NCBI GenBank assembly: GCA_963734495.1
Contig: CAVTHK010000012.1
Location: 1-64,000, forward strand
Reading direction: 5' to 3'
DNA length: 64,000 nt
DNA from: an uncultured Spirochaetota bacterium
GTDB taxonomy: Bacteria; Spirochaetota; Spirochaetia; SZUA-6; CAVTHK01
Position 1 is the first letter of the stretch, and each line of letters begins with the position of its first letter. Under the pieces are notes generated by a model that did no database searches, was not told the origin of the DNA, and was given only the letters and a program-made list of their open reading frames with translations. Positions 20,428-31,345 of this stretch are shown piece after piece. A program made the position numbers and the translations under genes.

Positions 20428-23400
20428 GACAGGGGCTCCGCGACGCCGCGGCCGGCCTTGCGATACTCTTCTTTGCTCTCGAGGTAGCGCTCCAGCGTCA
20501 TGTTGTAGACCGACGAGCGGCGCTGGTCGCGGTTCTCCACGAAATGAACCGCGGACACGTAGTCCTCGACGACGTTGATCTTGTCCAGCGGCGTAACAAC
20601 CATGAGCTGGAGCTCCAAGGTGCGGAACAACTCCATGGCATAGGCGGCGTTGGCGGGATCGACCTTGCTGAACGCCTCGTCGACGATGACGAATCGAAAC
20701 GAGCGCGCCCGCGTGTCCGCCGCGCGGATCCCGAACTGGAACGCGATCGCCGAGGCGAGGATCGTGTAGGCGAGCTTGGCCTTTTCGCCGCCGGAGAGGC
20801 TGCGGGAGTCCTGGTAGTATTGCTTTTGGCTGCCGTCGGCCTTGTGTCTCTCCATCGCCGAGAACTGCAGCCAGTTGCGCACGTCCAGCACCTTGCGCCG
20901 CCACGCATCGTCGCCCCGCAGCGCGAGGACCAGGTCGCGCGTGCGGCCGAACGCGTGCTCCAACTCCGCCTCGTCGCCCTGGGCGATGAGGGCGGCGTCG
21001 CCGATGGCACCCCGCAGCTTTTCCCGGAACTCGCGCACCTGGACGTCCGTCGTGGCGCGCGCCTGGATCTCGATGTACGTGGGCGGGTTGCGGTTGTAGA
21101 GGATCTGGCCGAGGCTCTCGTTGAGCTCCGCGACCCCTTCTTCGATCTCGCGGCGGGCGGTGTCCAGGCTCTGGCTGAAATCGACGAGCTCCTCGAGCAT
21201 GCGGTCGTTGAGGTACTGGCGGAACCGCTGCTGGTACTTCGGCAGGTCCTCCTTGCTGATGCGCTCGTGGACCCGCTCGAACTCCTCGAGGTAGGCCGCG
21301 TCGGCCCTGAGGTCGATCACGTCCGCCGACCACCCCGGGTACTTCGTGGCGATCGCTGCCGGCGGGGTGCAGTACCGCGCCATCGCGAGCTCGAGGCCGC
21401 GGTGCGCGTCGGCCTCGGCGCGGCGGGCCGCCTCCTGGTCGCGCGCGATCGCATCGCGGCTGCTCTCGCGCTGCGCTTCGATCAGCTCCCACTCCGGGAG
21501 CGGAAAGGGCCGCGCGAGGTAGGGCGCCAGGGCGGCGACAAAGGCGTCGAGGTCGACGTGGTCATAGGCCAGGAGAAGGGTTTCGCGGTCGGCGAGCAGG
21601 GCGCGGTCCCGCGCGTCGGCCTCGGCGAGGGAGCGCGCCTGCGCCACGAGGCCGTCGCGCCGGTCCCGTTCCGCCTTGAGACGGGCGTCGACCCGCGCGA
21701 TACCCTGGTCGAGCTCCTTGAGCTTGGCGGAGGCGCCGACGAGGGAGCGGTGCTCGGATGCCAGCTCCTCGATGCGCACGACGCACTCTTTCCAGTCGAG
21801 CGGCTCGTATTCGCGGTACTCGAGCAGCCGCTCGATGGCGCTCTGGCGGGCCTGCGCCTCCTCGAGCTCACTTTCAGCCGCGGCAAGCCGTTCGCGCGCC
21901 GCCGCGACCTGCGCTCTCCAGGTCCCGCGCCTGGGCCGTGAGGGTGCGCAGCTTTTCGCGGTTGTCCCACCCGAGGACGTTGTCGGCGCCTCCGGGCCGC
22001 GGCGGCCGGTCGTCCTTTTCGTGGCGGGTCTCGCTCTTGATGAGGCCGCTGCTCGTGATGCCGCGCGCGAGCCGGGCAAAGGTCTCCAGGTCGTCCGTGC
22101 ACCGGTAGTCGAACGACGCCCGCAGGTGGTCTTCGATCCAGTCCTTGAAGGGCGTGTCCGGCTTGACCTCGAGCTTGGTGATGGCGCTCTCCGCGTCGAG
22201 CGGGCCGCTCCGGGAGCTTCGCGATCCGGGCGGCCACCTGGAAGTAGACGAGCCTGCCCCGCAGGTCGTGGTCCCGCACGAACCCGTTGATCCTGCGGTA
22301 GTGGTGCTGCGGGACCAGGACGCACAGCGCAAAGGACCTCAGGAGCTTTTCGAGAGCCGGCTCCCACGCCGACTCCTCGCGCCGCACGCGGATCAGCTCG
22401 CCGGCAAACGGGATCTCCGACTCCGCGATCCCCGTCCCGCGGCCTACGAGGGTGCGCAGGTCGAGGTTGCGCCGGGGGATGTTGCTCGTGCGGGAACTGA
22501 GCGAACGGACCTCCTCCGCCACCTCATCGTGCGCCGAGCGCAGCGTGTTCAGCTCGCCGCTGAGAGACACCAGACGCTGCCTCGCCTCGGCGGAGCCGGC
22601 AACGCCCTCGGCGTGCGCTGCGGCGAGACGGGTGCGATTGGCGCGAAAGTCGTCCTGCGACGTCACGGGCAGCCCGACCTCCGATGCGAGCTCGTCGTAG
22701 CGGGCGCGGGCCGCGCGGCGTTCGTCGCGCCGCTCCTCGAGGTGGCGGATCTCCTGCTCGATCTGCTGCAGGCGCATGGCGGTGCTGTCGGCCGCTCGGT
22801 CCCTGTTGAGCGTGTCGCGTTCCTCGGTCAACCCCGCGATGGCCTCGTCCGCTCGACCGAGCGCCAGCCCGTTGGCAGCTTGCTCCTCCGCCAGGCGCTC
22901 GAGGCGTCCGGTCAAAAAGCGCAGGGCTTCCCTCGCAAAGAGGGCGGGGTGGGCCTCGATCAGCTCGGCGAGGCGCTTGTGCTCCGCCTTGGCCGCCCGA
23001 AAGGACGCACCATGCTCGAGGACCGGGGCGAGCAGGGCGAGCTGCTCCCTTGCCTTTTCGATCTCGAGGTGGCTCGACAGCAGGTCGTCGTAGCTCTTGT
23101 CCAGGGCCGCGAATCGCTCCTGGAACCCCTGCTCCTCGAGCATGTGGGTCCGGATGAACTCGTTGAGATCTCCCAGCACCTTGACGCCGACGGTCTGCGA
23201 GAACAGCGACAGGGCCTTCTCGGACCGGAAACCGAACTCGCGGCCGAACGCCTGGCTGTACTGCTCAAAGCTGTCGTAGACCCGCCCCTTGAGGGCGTCT
23301 TTGATGCGGCGCTTCCAGTCGCCCGCTTTGTCAAAGGGCTCCAGGTCGCCGATCGAAATCTCGGCCGGGACCAGGAGGTATACACGTTGAAGGTTGCCGC

Positions 23401-23827
23401 CGGTGAGCCAGCGCACCTGCGCGAGCGTGAGCGCAGTCCCGAGGGCGGCGTTGCGGAACACCCCCGCGAGCACCGAGTACGTGTCGCGCTCGCGCAGGTA
23501 CTGGGCGCTCTGCCGCTGCCCCTCGGTATCCTGGAGGTTCCCGTAGGCCCCCAGCACGTACGTGAGCTCGGTGCGCTCGCGCTTGAGCTCGGCGCCGGAG
23601 GACTGGTTGTAGTGACGGCGGGCGGGCGGGACCAGGAGCGTGACCAGGGCGTCGACGAGCGTCGTCTTTCCCGAGCCGTTGGCCCCCGTGAGCAGGCTCG
23701 AGTCGCAGCCCGGCTCGAGGCGGTAGATGCTGCCGTCAAAGCTGCCCCAGTTGAGCAGCTCAAAGCTCTGGAGGCGGTAGCCTTCGCCACGGCCGTCGTC
23801 CTCGGCGAACAGGGAGGCCTCGCTCAT
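20424..23827 (-). CDS. jetC: Wadjet JetC SMC-like ATPase, two apparent frameshifts (~22210, ~21915)
   Basis: NWGSF, Walker A GANGSGKTT, coiled coil, LSGGEKAKL signature, Walker B VDEAF. Confidence 0.9.
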
Positions 23828-24396
23828 GCCAGGTGCGCCTCCATCGCCCGCTTGAACTCCTCGAGCAGATCGTTGTTGACCTTGGCCTTGACGATGCGCC
23901 TGACCTCGTACAGCACGTCCCCACCGGCCCCGCCTGAGCCCGCCTCCCGCAGAAAGCCCAGCTCCACCACCTGGCGGATGTAGCGGTCGAGCTCGCGCAT
24001 CAGCCGCGTCTGGTCCGTCTTTTCCTTAAAGTAGAGCGAGATCCGTTCCCGCAGATCGCGCGCGGAGAGGTAGAGCCTGCGGGCGTCGGCGCTGGTGGCG
24101 TCAAAGCGGTCCAGCTCCTCCCGCAGGATCACGAGGAGCAGCGATACCTCGAAAGAAAGGGGCATCCGGCGAAGCAGGCGCGGGCGGCCCTCCTCACCCT
24201 CGCCGTCGCTTTCCCGCAGGTAGGCAAAGCCTTCGGCCTCATCGAGTACCAGCTCCACGCCGATCTCGGCGAGGTAACGCTGCACCCCGGCGGCGTTGGC
24301 CACCAGCAGTTTCCACACCGGGTCCTCGTCGTAGACCGGCCCCTGGAGCAGCCGCACCACGGCGGGCGCCAGCTCGCGATAGTCTCCGTCGTTCAT
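23824..24396 (-). CDS. jetB: Wadjet JetB (DUF4194)
   Basis: LVLDEAEGFAYLR, LSFEVSLLLVILRE, YEVRRIVKA; position in operon. Confidence 0.9.
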   Translation of the reverse strand: MNDGDYRELAPAVVRLLQGPVYDEDPVWKLLVANAAGVQRYLAEIGVELVLDEAEGFAYLRESDGEGEEGRPRLLRRMPLSFEVSLLLVILREELDRFDATSADARRLYLSARDLRERISLYFKEKTDQTRLMRELDRYIRQVVELGFLREAGSGGAGGDVLYEVRRIVKAKVNNDLLEEFKRAMEAHLA

Positions 24397-25820
24397 AGCG
24401 CGTAGATCACCCTCGGGATGCGCAGCCTGACGATCCCATCATCCCTCTCGAACGTGACCTCGTCCCGGCCGCTGTCGCTCACGATCGAGGCGAGCGCCAC
24501 GTAGGTCACGATCTCCGCGAGGCCCTCGCGCGCGGGAAAGCGCTCCAGGACCTCCGGAAGCGAGACCTGGCTGCGTCCCTGGAGCATCTCCTGTATCTGC
24601 CCGCGCAGCCGCCGCTCGTCCACCGCCAGCTGCGAGAACAGCGCCCCAAAGGCGGCCGTGCTCATCTCCTGCTCCGCCTCGTCGGCGCGGACAAAGACGG
24701 TCTCCTTTTGCGGCAGCGAGAGGGGACGTGCCATCACGGTCCCCAGCGAAGCGCTGCCCTGCACCGCGAGAAAGGCCTCTTCCCGCGGCGGCGCGTCCAC
24801 CGCGGCGAGGGCGAGCCGCTTGATGTCCGCGATCAGCTCGCGCGTCCTCCGCTGCTCCCTGACGACTCGCTCGGCGAGCACGCGGCTCAGCTTTTCGGCG
24901 AGGATCCGGTTGCTGTCCACGACCTTGCGGCCGGCCTGGTGGAGGTGGTGCTTGAGGCGCCGAAGGAGCGCGTCAGGTCCCTCGACGCTGTGCTCGCCGG
25001 CCACGCGATAGACCTGGTCGACGAGGGCGTCGATCTCGTCGCGGCCGGAGTCGGCGACGAGGAAGCGCCAGAACGCGTCAAAGCTCTGGCCCTGCGGCGC
25101 CTTGTGCAGGGCTTCGACCATGTCAAGGGTGTGGCCGAGGATGCCGCCGCGGTCCGTCTGCCCTTCGCTCTGCTCCCGGTGGATCTCGCGCACGAGGTCG
25201 CGAAAGTTCTCCTCGACCTGGCGAAAATCGCCGAGCAGGGCCCGCGCATCGCGGCTGATCTCCTGCAGGCGCTCGCGGATCTGCACCGACGAGAACGTCC
25301 GGGCCTGTCCCGTCGTACGGATCGCCTCGATCTCGGCGTCGATCTCCGCCCGCCGCTGCTCGAGGTCCGCGATCCTCTTGCCGGGGTCGCCGCTGCTTTT
25401 CTCCGCGAGGTCGGCGATGCGGCGCAGGAGGTCCTGAAAGCGGCTCTCGGTCCCCACGAACTCCCTGGGCTGCAGGTCGTCGAGCCAGCGCAGCGCGAGC
25501 TCCATGGCCGGGGTCAGCTCGTGCTGCACCACGCCGTCGTCGTCGGTGTACTTGCGCAGGTAGCGGGACTGCTCTCCGCACCACGCGTCGATGAGCTGCG
25601 CGGCCCTGTCCACGACGTCGCCGTCGACGCTCTCGTCGTGTCCCCTGGCTTCGAGAGAGGACGCGAGCTGGAGCACCAGGTCCTGGTGCGACACCACGAT
25701 GATCTGCTTCGTCTTGAACGCTGCGTGCAGGAACCCCAGAATGAGCGAGGCATGCCGAGCCGCGAGCACCCGGACCGCCGGGTTGTCGGCGAGGACGTGT
25801 GTGAGCCAGGTGTCGTCCAT
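24393..25820 (-). CDS. jetA: Wadjet JetA (DUF3375)
   Basis: FVGTESR, DFRQVEENFR, QGQSFDAFW, EGLAEIVTY. Confidence 0.9.
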   Translation of the reverse strand: MDDTWLTHVLADNPAVRVLAARHASLILGFLHAAFKTKQIIVVSHQDLVLQLASSLEARGHDESVDGDVVDRAAQLIDAWCGEQSRYLRKYTDDDGVVQHELTPAMELALRWLDDLQPREFVGTESRFQDLLRRIADLAEKSSGDPGKRIADLEQRRAEIDAEIEAIRTTGQARTFSSVQIRERLQEISRDARALLGDFRQVEENFRDLVREIHREQSEGQTDRGGILGHTLDMVEALHKAPQGQSFDAFWRFLVADSGRDEIDALVDQVYRVAGEHSVEGPDALLRRLKHHLHQAGRKVVDSNRILAEKLSRVLAERVVREQRRTRELIADIKRLALAAVDAPPREEAFLAVQGSASLGTVMARPLSLPQKETVFVRADEAEQEMSTAAFGALFSQLAVDERRLRGQIQEMLQGRSQVSLPEVLERFPAREGLAEIVTYVALASIVSDSGRDEVTFERDDGIVRLRIPRVIYAL

Positions 25821-25987
25821 GTCGGTCTCCCGAGGTCTTCCGAGGTCCTCCGAGGCCCGGCCATTATACCCGGGCGGCGGCCGCGGGTCTCGCTGTCGAC
25901 CAGCGCATGTCGACCAGCGCACGCCCCCCGGGGCAACTGGCCTGCGCCACCCGGGCATGATAGGCTGGTCGGGCAGGTGAGACGCCC

Positions 25988-26173
25988 ATGGAGTTGAAGG
26001 TCACGACCCACGAGGAGCAGAGCCGGCAGGATCGCGCCTACTGGCGCAGTCGCACCCCGGAGGAGCGTCTGGACGCTGTCGAGGCGCTCAGGATCGAGGC
26101 AGGGAAGTTCCTCTATGAATACCCATCCCGACTTCGAAGAGTTGTTGCGATTGCTCGAAGAGAACGGCGTTGA
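25988..26173 (+). CDS. Small protein, partner of downstream nucleotidyltransferase
   Basis: D.AYWRSRTPEERLDAVE.LR pattern, 61 aa. Confidence 0.65.
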   Translation: MELKVTTHEEQSRQDRAYWRSRTPEERLDAVEALRIEAGKFLYEYPSRLRRVVAIARRERR

Positions 26174-26552
26174 CTCCATGATCGTCGGCGCTACGCCGTC
26201 GCCTTCCATGGTCATCCCGCTTTTCGACGACATCGAGCTGTTCTTTCGCGCGACCGAGGAGAACGTCGATCGCCTCCGCAAGGCGCTTGTGAGCTTCGGC
26301 TTTGACGAGACGGACCTCCCCGCGAGTGCGTTTCTCTCAAGAGGGAGCGTTCTTGCATTCGGGGTCGTCCCCACACGAGTCGACCTGGTCAACGAGATCG
26401 ACGGCGTCGGCTATGACGAGGCCAAGGCAAACGTCGTTCGGGGAACATACGGAAAGGTGAGCGTGCCTTTCATCGGCCGTGCGGACCTGATCAGGAACAA
26501 AAAGGCCATCCCTCGCGCCAGGGACAAGGCCGACGTCGAGGATCTGGAGTAG
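26115..26552 (+). CDS. Nucleotidyltransferase-family protein (local compensating frameshifts ~26190-26225)
   Basis: Alternative frame reads YAVAFHGHP; C-terminus DLIRNKKA..RARDKADVE. Confidence 0.7.
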   Translation: MNTHPDFEELLRLLEENGVDSMIVGATPSPSMVIPLFDDIELFFRATEENVDRLRKALVSFGFDETDLPASAFLSRGSVLAFGVVPTRVDLVNEIDGVGYDEAKANVVRGTYGKVSVPFIGRADLIRNKKAIPRARDKADVEDLE

Positions 26553-26556
26553 TGCC

Positions 26557-26591
26557 TCGGATCGACGCGGGGCTGCTGGAGACCTGATGGC
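26557..26591 (+). repeat. Direct repeat R (mcrB end / mcrC start junction)
   Basis: TCGGATCGACGCGGGGCTGCTGGAGACCTGATGGC; encodes RIDAGLLET-stop overlapping the mcrC ATG. Confidence 0.85.
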
Positions 26592-27990
26592 CAAAGCCAG
26601 GGGCAGGACAGAGAAGGGCAGGGCGCGGGCCGCCCTCATGGCAGCCGCGCCGTCCTCGCGCCCGCTGCTCAAGGGCCGCGATCACGGCGAGCCCGTGTCC
26701 GTGCGGCCCGACGACATCGGCGCTGCCGGCGACCGGTGGGTCGAGCCTTTCATCACGGCAAACAGGGCGTGTCTCCAGCGCCTCGAGCTCAAATATGAAG
26801 TGAAGGCCGACCCCACGCTCCGTGTCCTGATCAAACCCGGGCCGCGCATCGGCGCGGTCCCGCTGCTCAACCCGTCGACCCGCCGCGTGGCCGCGGGCCT
26901 CCTGATCGAGCCGCGCTTCCGCTGGGCCGCGCTGGGAGCGGTCTTTGGTGCGGTCGGCTTTTCCGTCGAGCCCGCCCTCGGCGGCGCTCCGCTCGTGCCT
27001 GGGTCCGCGCGCGAGGTGCCGCCGTGGCTGCTCGCGGGGCCGGTCATCGAGCGGATCGCGGCGCTGCTCCGCCACAAGCGGCGCGGATTCGTCGAACGCC
27101 GCGAGACCAGGAGCAGCCCGCGGGGACGCATCGAGTGGACGACGTGGGCCGCGTCGCAGGTCCCGCGTGGCGCGTGGGCCACCTTCCCCTGTGTCTTTTC
27201 TGAGCCCGACGACGATCCGGACCTGATCGCCGCTGTGCGCTGGACCCTCGCGAGGCTGCAGGACGATCTCGCGTCGGTGGCGGACTCGCTGCCGGCGCGC
27301 TATCTGCTCCGGCGCACAGCCGAGATCCAGGCCGAGGTCGGGCCGGGCGCGCTTCACAGGCCGCCGTCGAGCTGGACGCTGCCGGGCTCTTCGGCGTGGG
27401 TGGCCGCCGCGGTCGAGGCGATGACGTGGGTGGCCGAGGAGCGCGGCCTCGGCGGCGCCCGGACTCTCGACGGGCTGGCCTGGGATCTCCCGATCGATGC
27501 TGTGTGGGAAGCGTGGGTGGCCGCCTTTTCATCGACCCTTGCCAGGAGCCTGGGCATGGTCGCGACCCCGTTCCGCGCTGCCCGCAGGCACCTGCGCTGG
27601 GTCGGGCCTCACCATTCCATGCAGTCGCTGGCGCCCGACGTGGAGCTCAGGAGCGCCGAGCGTGTCGTCTGGATCGACGCCAAGTACAAGCCGCACCTCG
27701 AGCTCCTCGAGCGCAGGGACTGGCACGCCCTGTCCGAGGAGGTTCGCGCCGAGCACCGCGCCGACCTTCACCAGGCTCTTGCTTACGCCTCGCTCGCCGA
27801 CGTCTCGCAGGTGGACACGCTGTTGCTGTACCCGCAGATCGGCCGCGAGCTCGACGCCGTGACCACGGCGACCGTCACTTCGGGCCGGCGCAGGGTGCGC
27901 CTCGTGCTCGCGTCGGTGCCTTTCGGCTACAGCAGCCCGGACCAGCAGGAGCGGTGCCTGCGGCTTTTCCGCGAGCTGCTGGCGGCGTGA
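26587..27990 (+). CDS. mcrC: McrC-family PD-(D/E)XK restriction nuclease
   Basis: PRGRIEW, VWEAWV, LAPDVEL...WIDAKYK, ADLHQALAY, LLLYP. Confidence 0.8.
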   Translation: MAKARGRTEKGRARAALMAAAPSSRPLLKGRDHGEPVSVRPDDIGAAGDRWVEPFITANRACLQRLELKYEVKADPTLRVLIKPGPRIGAVPLLNPSTRRVAAGLLIEPRFRWAALGAVFGAVGFSVEPALGGAPLVPGSAREVPPWLLAGPVIERIAALLRHKRRGFVERRETRSSPRGRIEWTTWAASQVPRGAWATFPCVFSEPDDDPDLIAAVRWTLARLQDDLASVADSLPARYLLRRTAEIQAEVGPGALHRPPSSWTLPGSSAWVAAAVEAMTWVAEERGLGGARTLDGLAWDLPIDAVWEAWVAAFSSTLARSLGMVATPFRAARRHLRWVGPHHSMQSLAPDVELRSAERVVWIDAKYKPHLELLERRDWHALSEEVRAEHRADLHQALAYASLADVSQVDTLLLYPQIGRELDAVTTATVTSGRRRVRLVLASVPFGYSSPDQQERCLRLFRELLAA

Positions 27991-28256
27991 GGTGCTCGTG
28001 CCGCGCCCACACCGGGTGTAGTATGCTTGAGGCGTCGGATCTCGAGGCCGGACGCTCGCTGCCGAGCGGTTGATACCGCACTTCGCGGAACGAGTCGGGC
28101 GCGAGGCCGGTCTCGCCCAGCCGCCGCTTCGCAGCACCGGACCGGACAGCCGAAGCCTTCACCTTTGTTCTTCTCTTCCAGGCGCGCCAGGCTTCTGTCG
28201 AACTCGGCGTGCCCCCAGGGGCCCTCATCGGCCCGCGGCGTGCTACTCTGACACCC

Positions 28257-28619
28257 GTGATCTACGAGCTTCGCAGCTATGACATTGTTCCGGAGTTGGT
28301 ACAGGAGTATCTCGGATGGGTCCAGGAGCACGCGCTGCCCGTGATGCGTCGCTTCGGGTTCCGGATCGTGGGCTTCTGGTGGGTCGCGAAAGACGGGACC
28401 GACCCCCGTCCACGCACGAACATCCGCTGGATCGTCGCCTGGGACTCGCAGGAGCAGATGGAGGCGCGATGGGCCCAGATGAAATCGTCGGAGGAGTGGC
28501 AAGCGGTTTGGAGGATGGTCAAGGACGATAGCGACCGCTCCCGGTTCCATCGCGGGACCCGGCGGGCGATCCTCCACGCGCTCGTGGATCCGGTGGTCCC
28601 GGACGCCCCGCCGGAGTGA
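28257..28619 (+). CDS. NIPSNAP-family protein
   Basis: IYELRSY...GFRIVGFW...WDSQEQMEARW. Confidence 0.75.
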   Translation: MIYELRSYDIVPELVQEYLGWVQEHALPVMRRFGFRIVGFWWVAKDGTDPRPRTNIRWIVAWDSQEQMEARWAQMKSSEEWQAVWRMVKDDSDRSRFHRGTRRAILHALVDPVVPDAPPE

Positions 28620-28682
28620 CCGATCGTCACATCGGCTGCGGCAAGTGTCAACTTCTTACGCCAGTGCGCGTCGGGCTGGGCT

Positions 28683-29823
28683 TCAGAGCGGGCCGCGACT
28701 TTGAGCCTCCGTCAGCTTGCGCGCGGGGCAGCGATCCACGTGGCCGCCAAAGTGGTGGCAGATCCTGCACTGCCGGCACCGCGAGATCTGATCTTCTCTG
28801 CCACTCAAGCTCTTGATCGCCCAGTCAGGGTCAGCGAGCATCGCCTTTCCCACGGCCACGAGGTCGACTGACCCTTCGGCCAGAATCGCCTCTGCCTGGG
28901 CCACGTTCGTGACGCCGCCTACGCCGATCACCGGGACCCTCACCGACTTTCTTTACCGCGATGGCGAGGTGCATCCGATCCGACCAGGGACTCCCCGGGG
29001 GCGCGATGGGCGGCGCATTGCCGATGCCCGACGAGATGTCCAGGAAGTCGACGCCGTCTTCCTCCAGCCACCTGGCGACCTGGATGCCTTGCTCGAGCGG
29101 GAGGCCCTGCTGGCCGTCCTCTCTCGGCCCGTCCGCGACGCCGAGTCGGACGGAGACGAGTAGTCTGCCGCCCGAGGCACCGCGGGCCCTGCGCGCCGCC
29201 TCCCGAACGAAACGCGCCCTGTTTTCCAGGCTGCCGCCCCATGCGTCGGTCCGCTGGTTGGCAAGGGGAGACAGGAACTGGCTCGCGAGGTACCCATGGG
29301 CGCCATGGATCTCCACCGCGTCAAAGCCGGCCTGCGCGGCGCGTCGGGCTGCCGATGCAAAGCAGGTGAGGATGCGCTCGATGCCCTCCTCCGTCAGCTC
29401 CTGCGGCACGATGTCTCGGGCCGCGATAGCCGAAGGCGCCAGCAGTGGGCTTCCAAAGGTGTTGTCGAGGTTGGTGCTGCGGCCCGCGTGGTGGATCTGA
29501 ATCGAGGCGAAAGCACCCCGGGAATGGATGATGTCGACGATCTTCGCCAGCCCATCGACGTGGCGATCCTCGAAGATCCCGAGCTGCGTCCGGGCCAGCC
29601 TTCCCTCGGGAGAGACCACGGTCGCCTCGACAACGGTCAGACCCGGGCCAGCAGTCCTGCGGTAGTGCTCGAGCACGTAAGGGGTGACGCTGCCGTCTTC
29701 GCCCCCCTTCCAGAGGACGAGGGGCGGCATCACGAGTCTGTTCGGCAGCGTGACGGACCTGCCGGACCCTCCCGGCGCGGTTCGTCCAAGGACAAATGGC
29801 TGCAAGAGGTGCGGGTATTCCAT
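28683..29823 (-). CDS. NADH:flavin oxidoreductase (old yellow enzyme family), frameshift ~28947
   Basis: NRLVMPP, QIHHAGR, GFDAVEIHGAHGYL..QFLSP..NQRTD, terminal CxxCxxC. Confidence 0.9.
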
Positions 29824-30219
29824 GGGACATGCTCCAGCGTGGGCAGCAGTCTATCGGGATGCGGGCAGGTGGGGCAAGCGCATCTCTGAGCCCCACCGCG
29901 CTCCTGCAAAAGGAGCGGGCGCGAAACTCCGTTTCGCCGCGGGCTTTGTCGCGAGGCACCACAGGCCTTAGGCTTGTATGGATCCTCGCGCTATCGCCCG
30001 TGTCGGCGTAAACCACAGGGCTTTGCTGGCTGCCCTCGCGACGACAGGCAAGTCTGTGGGACTCGGGCCGCGACGGCCGCGTGGGGAATCCGGGCGACCA
30101 GCGGGCAATCCGCCGTATCTACCAGATCCATGCCAGCGGCGAGTCGCATCACGGAATCGCCGACGAGCCGAACCACCGCGTGGTACTACTACGAAGCAGC
30201 TGCGCTTGTCCCGTGTCGC

Positions 30220-30513
30220 TCAGCGACGACCGCTTACAGGGTCGCTGTGGGTCCGCCCTGCGGTTCGGTCAGCGCGTCGACCCGCTCGTCGTGTTCGCCC
30301 TTCATTCTGCCATAGCACACTCGGCTTCAGTTCTTTGGAGGCGCACTCGGCGAGAAAGAGGTTGATCAAACTCTGGTAAGGAATGGCCGTTTGGACTGCC
30401 AAGGTCTTGAAGTACTCGATCGTGTCGTTGTCGATGCGGATCGAAATCTGCTTCTTGAGCTTGTTCACGTAGGGGTTGGCTATTGAACGGCCGAAGTCGT
30501 ATTCGCTGCGCAT
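30220..30513 (-). CDS. brnA: BrnA/CopG-like antitoxin
   Basis: MRSEYDF...NPY...KKQISIRID...PYQSLINL; 3' end uncertain. Confidence 0.8.
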   Translation of the reverse strand: MRSEYDFGRSIANPYVNKLKKQISIRIDNDTIEYFKTLAVQTAIPYQSLINLFLAECASKELKPSVLWQNEGRTRRAGRRADRTAGRTHSDPVSGRR

Positions 30514-30813
30514 GCTCATTCTCCTTGGGCGCTGTGGTACTGCTCCGCCTCACGTCTTGTGGCCCTTCGTGCGGAGACAATCCGGATGACTTCGTCGTTC
30601 TGCCGATAGCAGTGGCAGACGACCAAGAGCCAGAAGGTGACGGCTGAAATCCAGCAGAAGGAATCGGTCTTCCGGATCCGAATGCGCTGGATCGGCCATC
30701 ACGCGGGCGTTGGGATCATAGAAGGCGGTCCGCGCCTCCTCAAACGAAACCCCGTGCTTCTTGAGGTTCACTTGGCTCTCATCTTTGTCCCAAGTGAACC
30801 GTATGTATTGCAT
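30510..30813 (-). pseudogene. brnT: BrnT toxin, frameshifted
   Basis: FTWD...NLKKHGVSFEEA..FYDP...HS..EDRF; later frame LVVCHCYR..DEVIRIVSAR. Confidence 0.75.
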
Positions 30814-30975
30814 ATCTCTATTGTATAGACGCAGGCGCGAATCGGTCAACCGACGATGCGCACTTCAGTCTTCTCTCCTGATTGCGCACAGATGGGGGCG
30901 ACCCCCAGGCAGCAAGAATCCGCCTCGCGGACCTCTGGTCTATGTCCCAGAGCCCGCTGTTAGCTGTTCGTCTCA

Positions 30976-31018
30976 GCTCCCCCGGCCGGACTCGAACCAG
31001 CGACCTAGTGGTTAACAG
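30976..31018 (-). repeat. att core: duplicate of tRNA-Asn 3' half
   Basis: GCTCCCCCGGCCGGACTCGAACCAGCGACCTAGTGGTTAACAG identical to 34817-34859. Confidence 0.95.
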
Positions 31019-31130
31019 GCGATCGGCTGTCTTCTCCAGGGCTCCGGACCCCCTCCGGAGTGCCTCCGAACGGCCGGAAACGGGCCTCCGAGGCCCTCCC
31101 GTCTCACCGCCGGCGGCCCGTCTCGCCAGT

Positions 31131-31152
31131 CTGCGGACCCGCTGCGGACCCG
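31131..31152. repeat. Tandem 11-mer, putative integrase arm-binding sites
   Basis: CTGCGGACCCG x2; identical tandem at 34723-34744. Confidence 0.7.
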
Positions 31153-31345
31153 GCCCTGGCCTTCCTGCTGCGCTTGGGCGCAGTCCTCCTGGCCGGCTTG
31201 GCCTTCGCCGCAGCCCTCTTCACGGCTGCGATGGCCCTGGTAGCCGCCTCGGTCTCGTGGCCGTACCGCATCGTCCACGAGTGGGCAGCGAAGGCCGCGA
31301 GGTAGCGCCGCTGGAGGCCCGCGTTACGCAGCGCACCGGGATGAG

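Noticed and set aside
20424-23827. Programmed frameshifting or inactivation of jetC
   Set aside because: Similar indels occur across many unrelated genes, so sequencing error is the simpler explanation
30976-31018. Second tRNA-Asn gene
   Set aside because: Only the 3' half is present; it is the att duplicate
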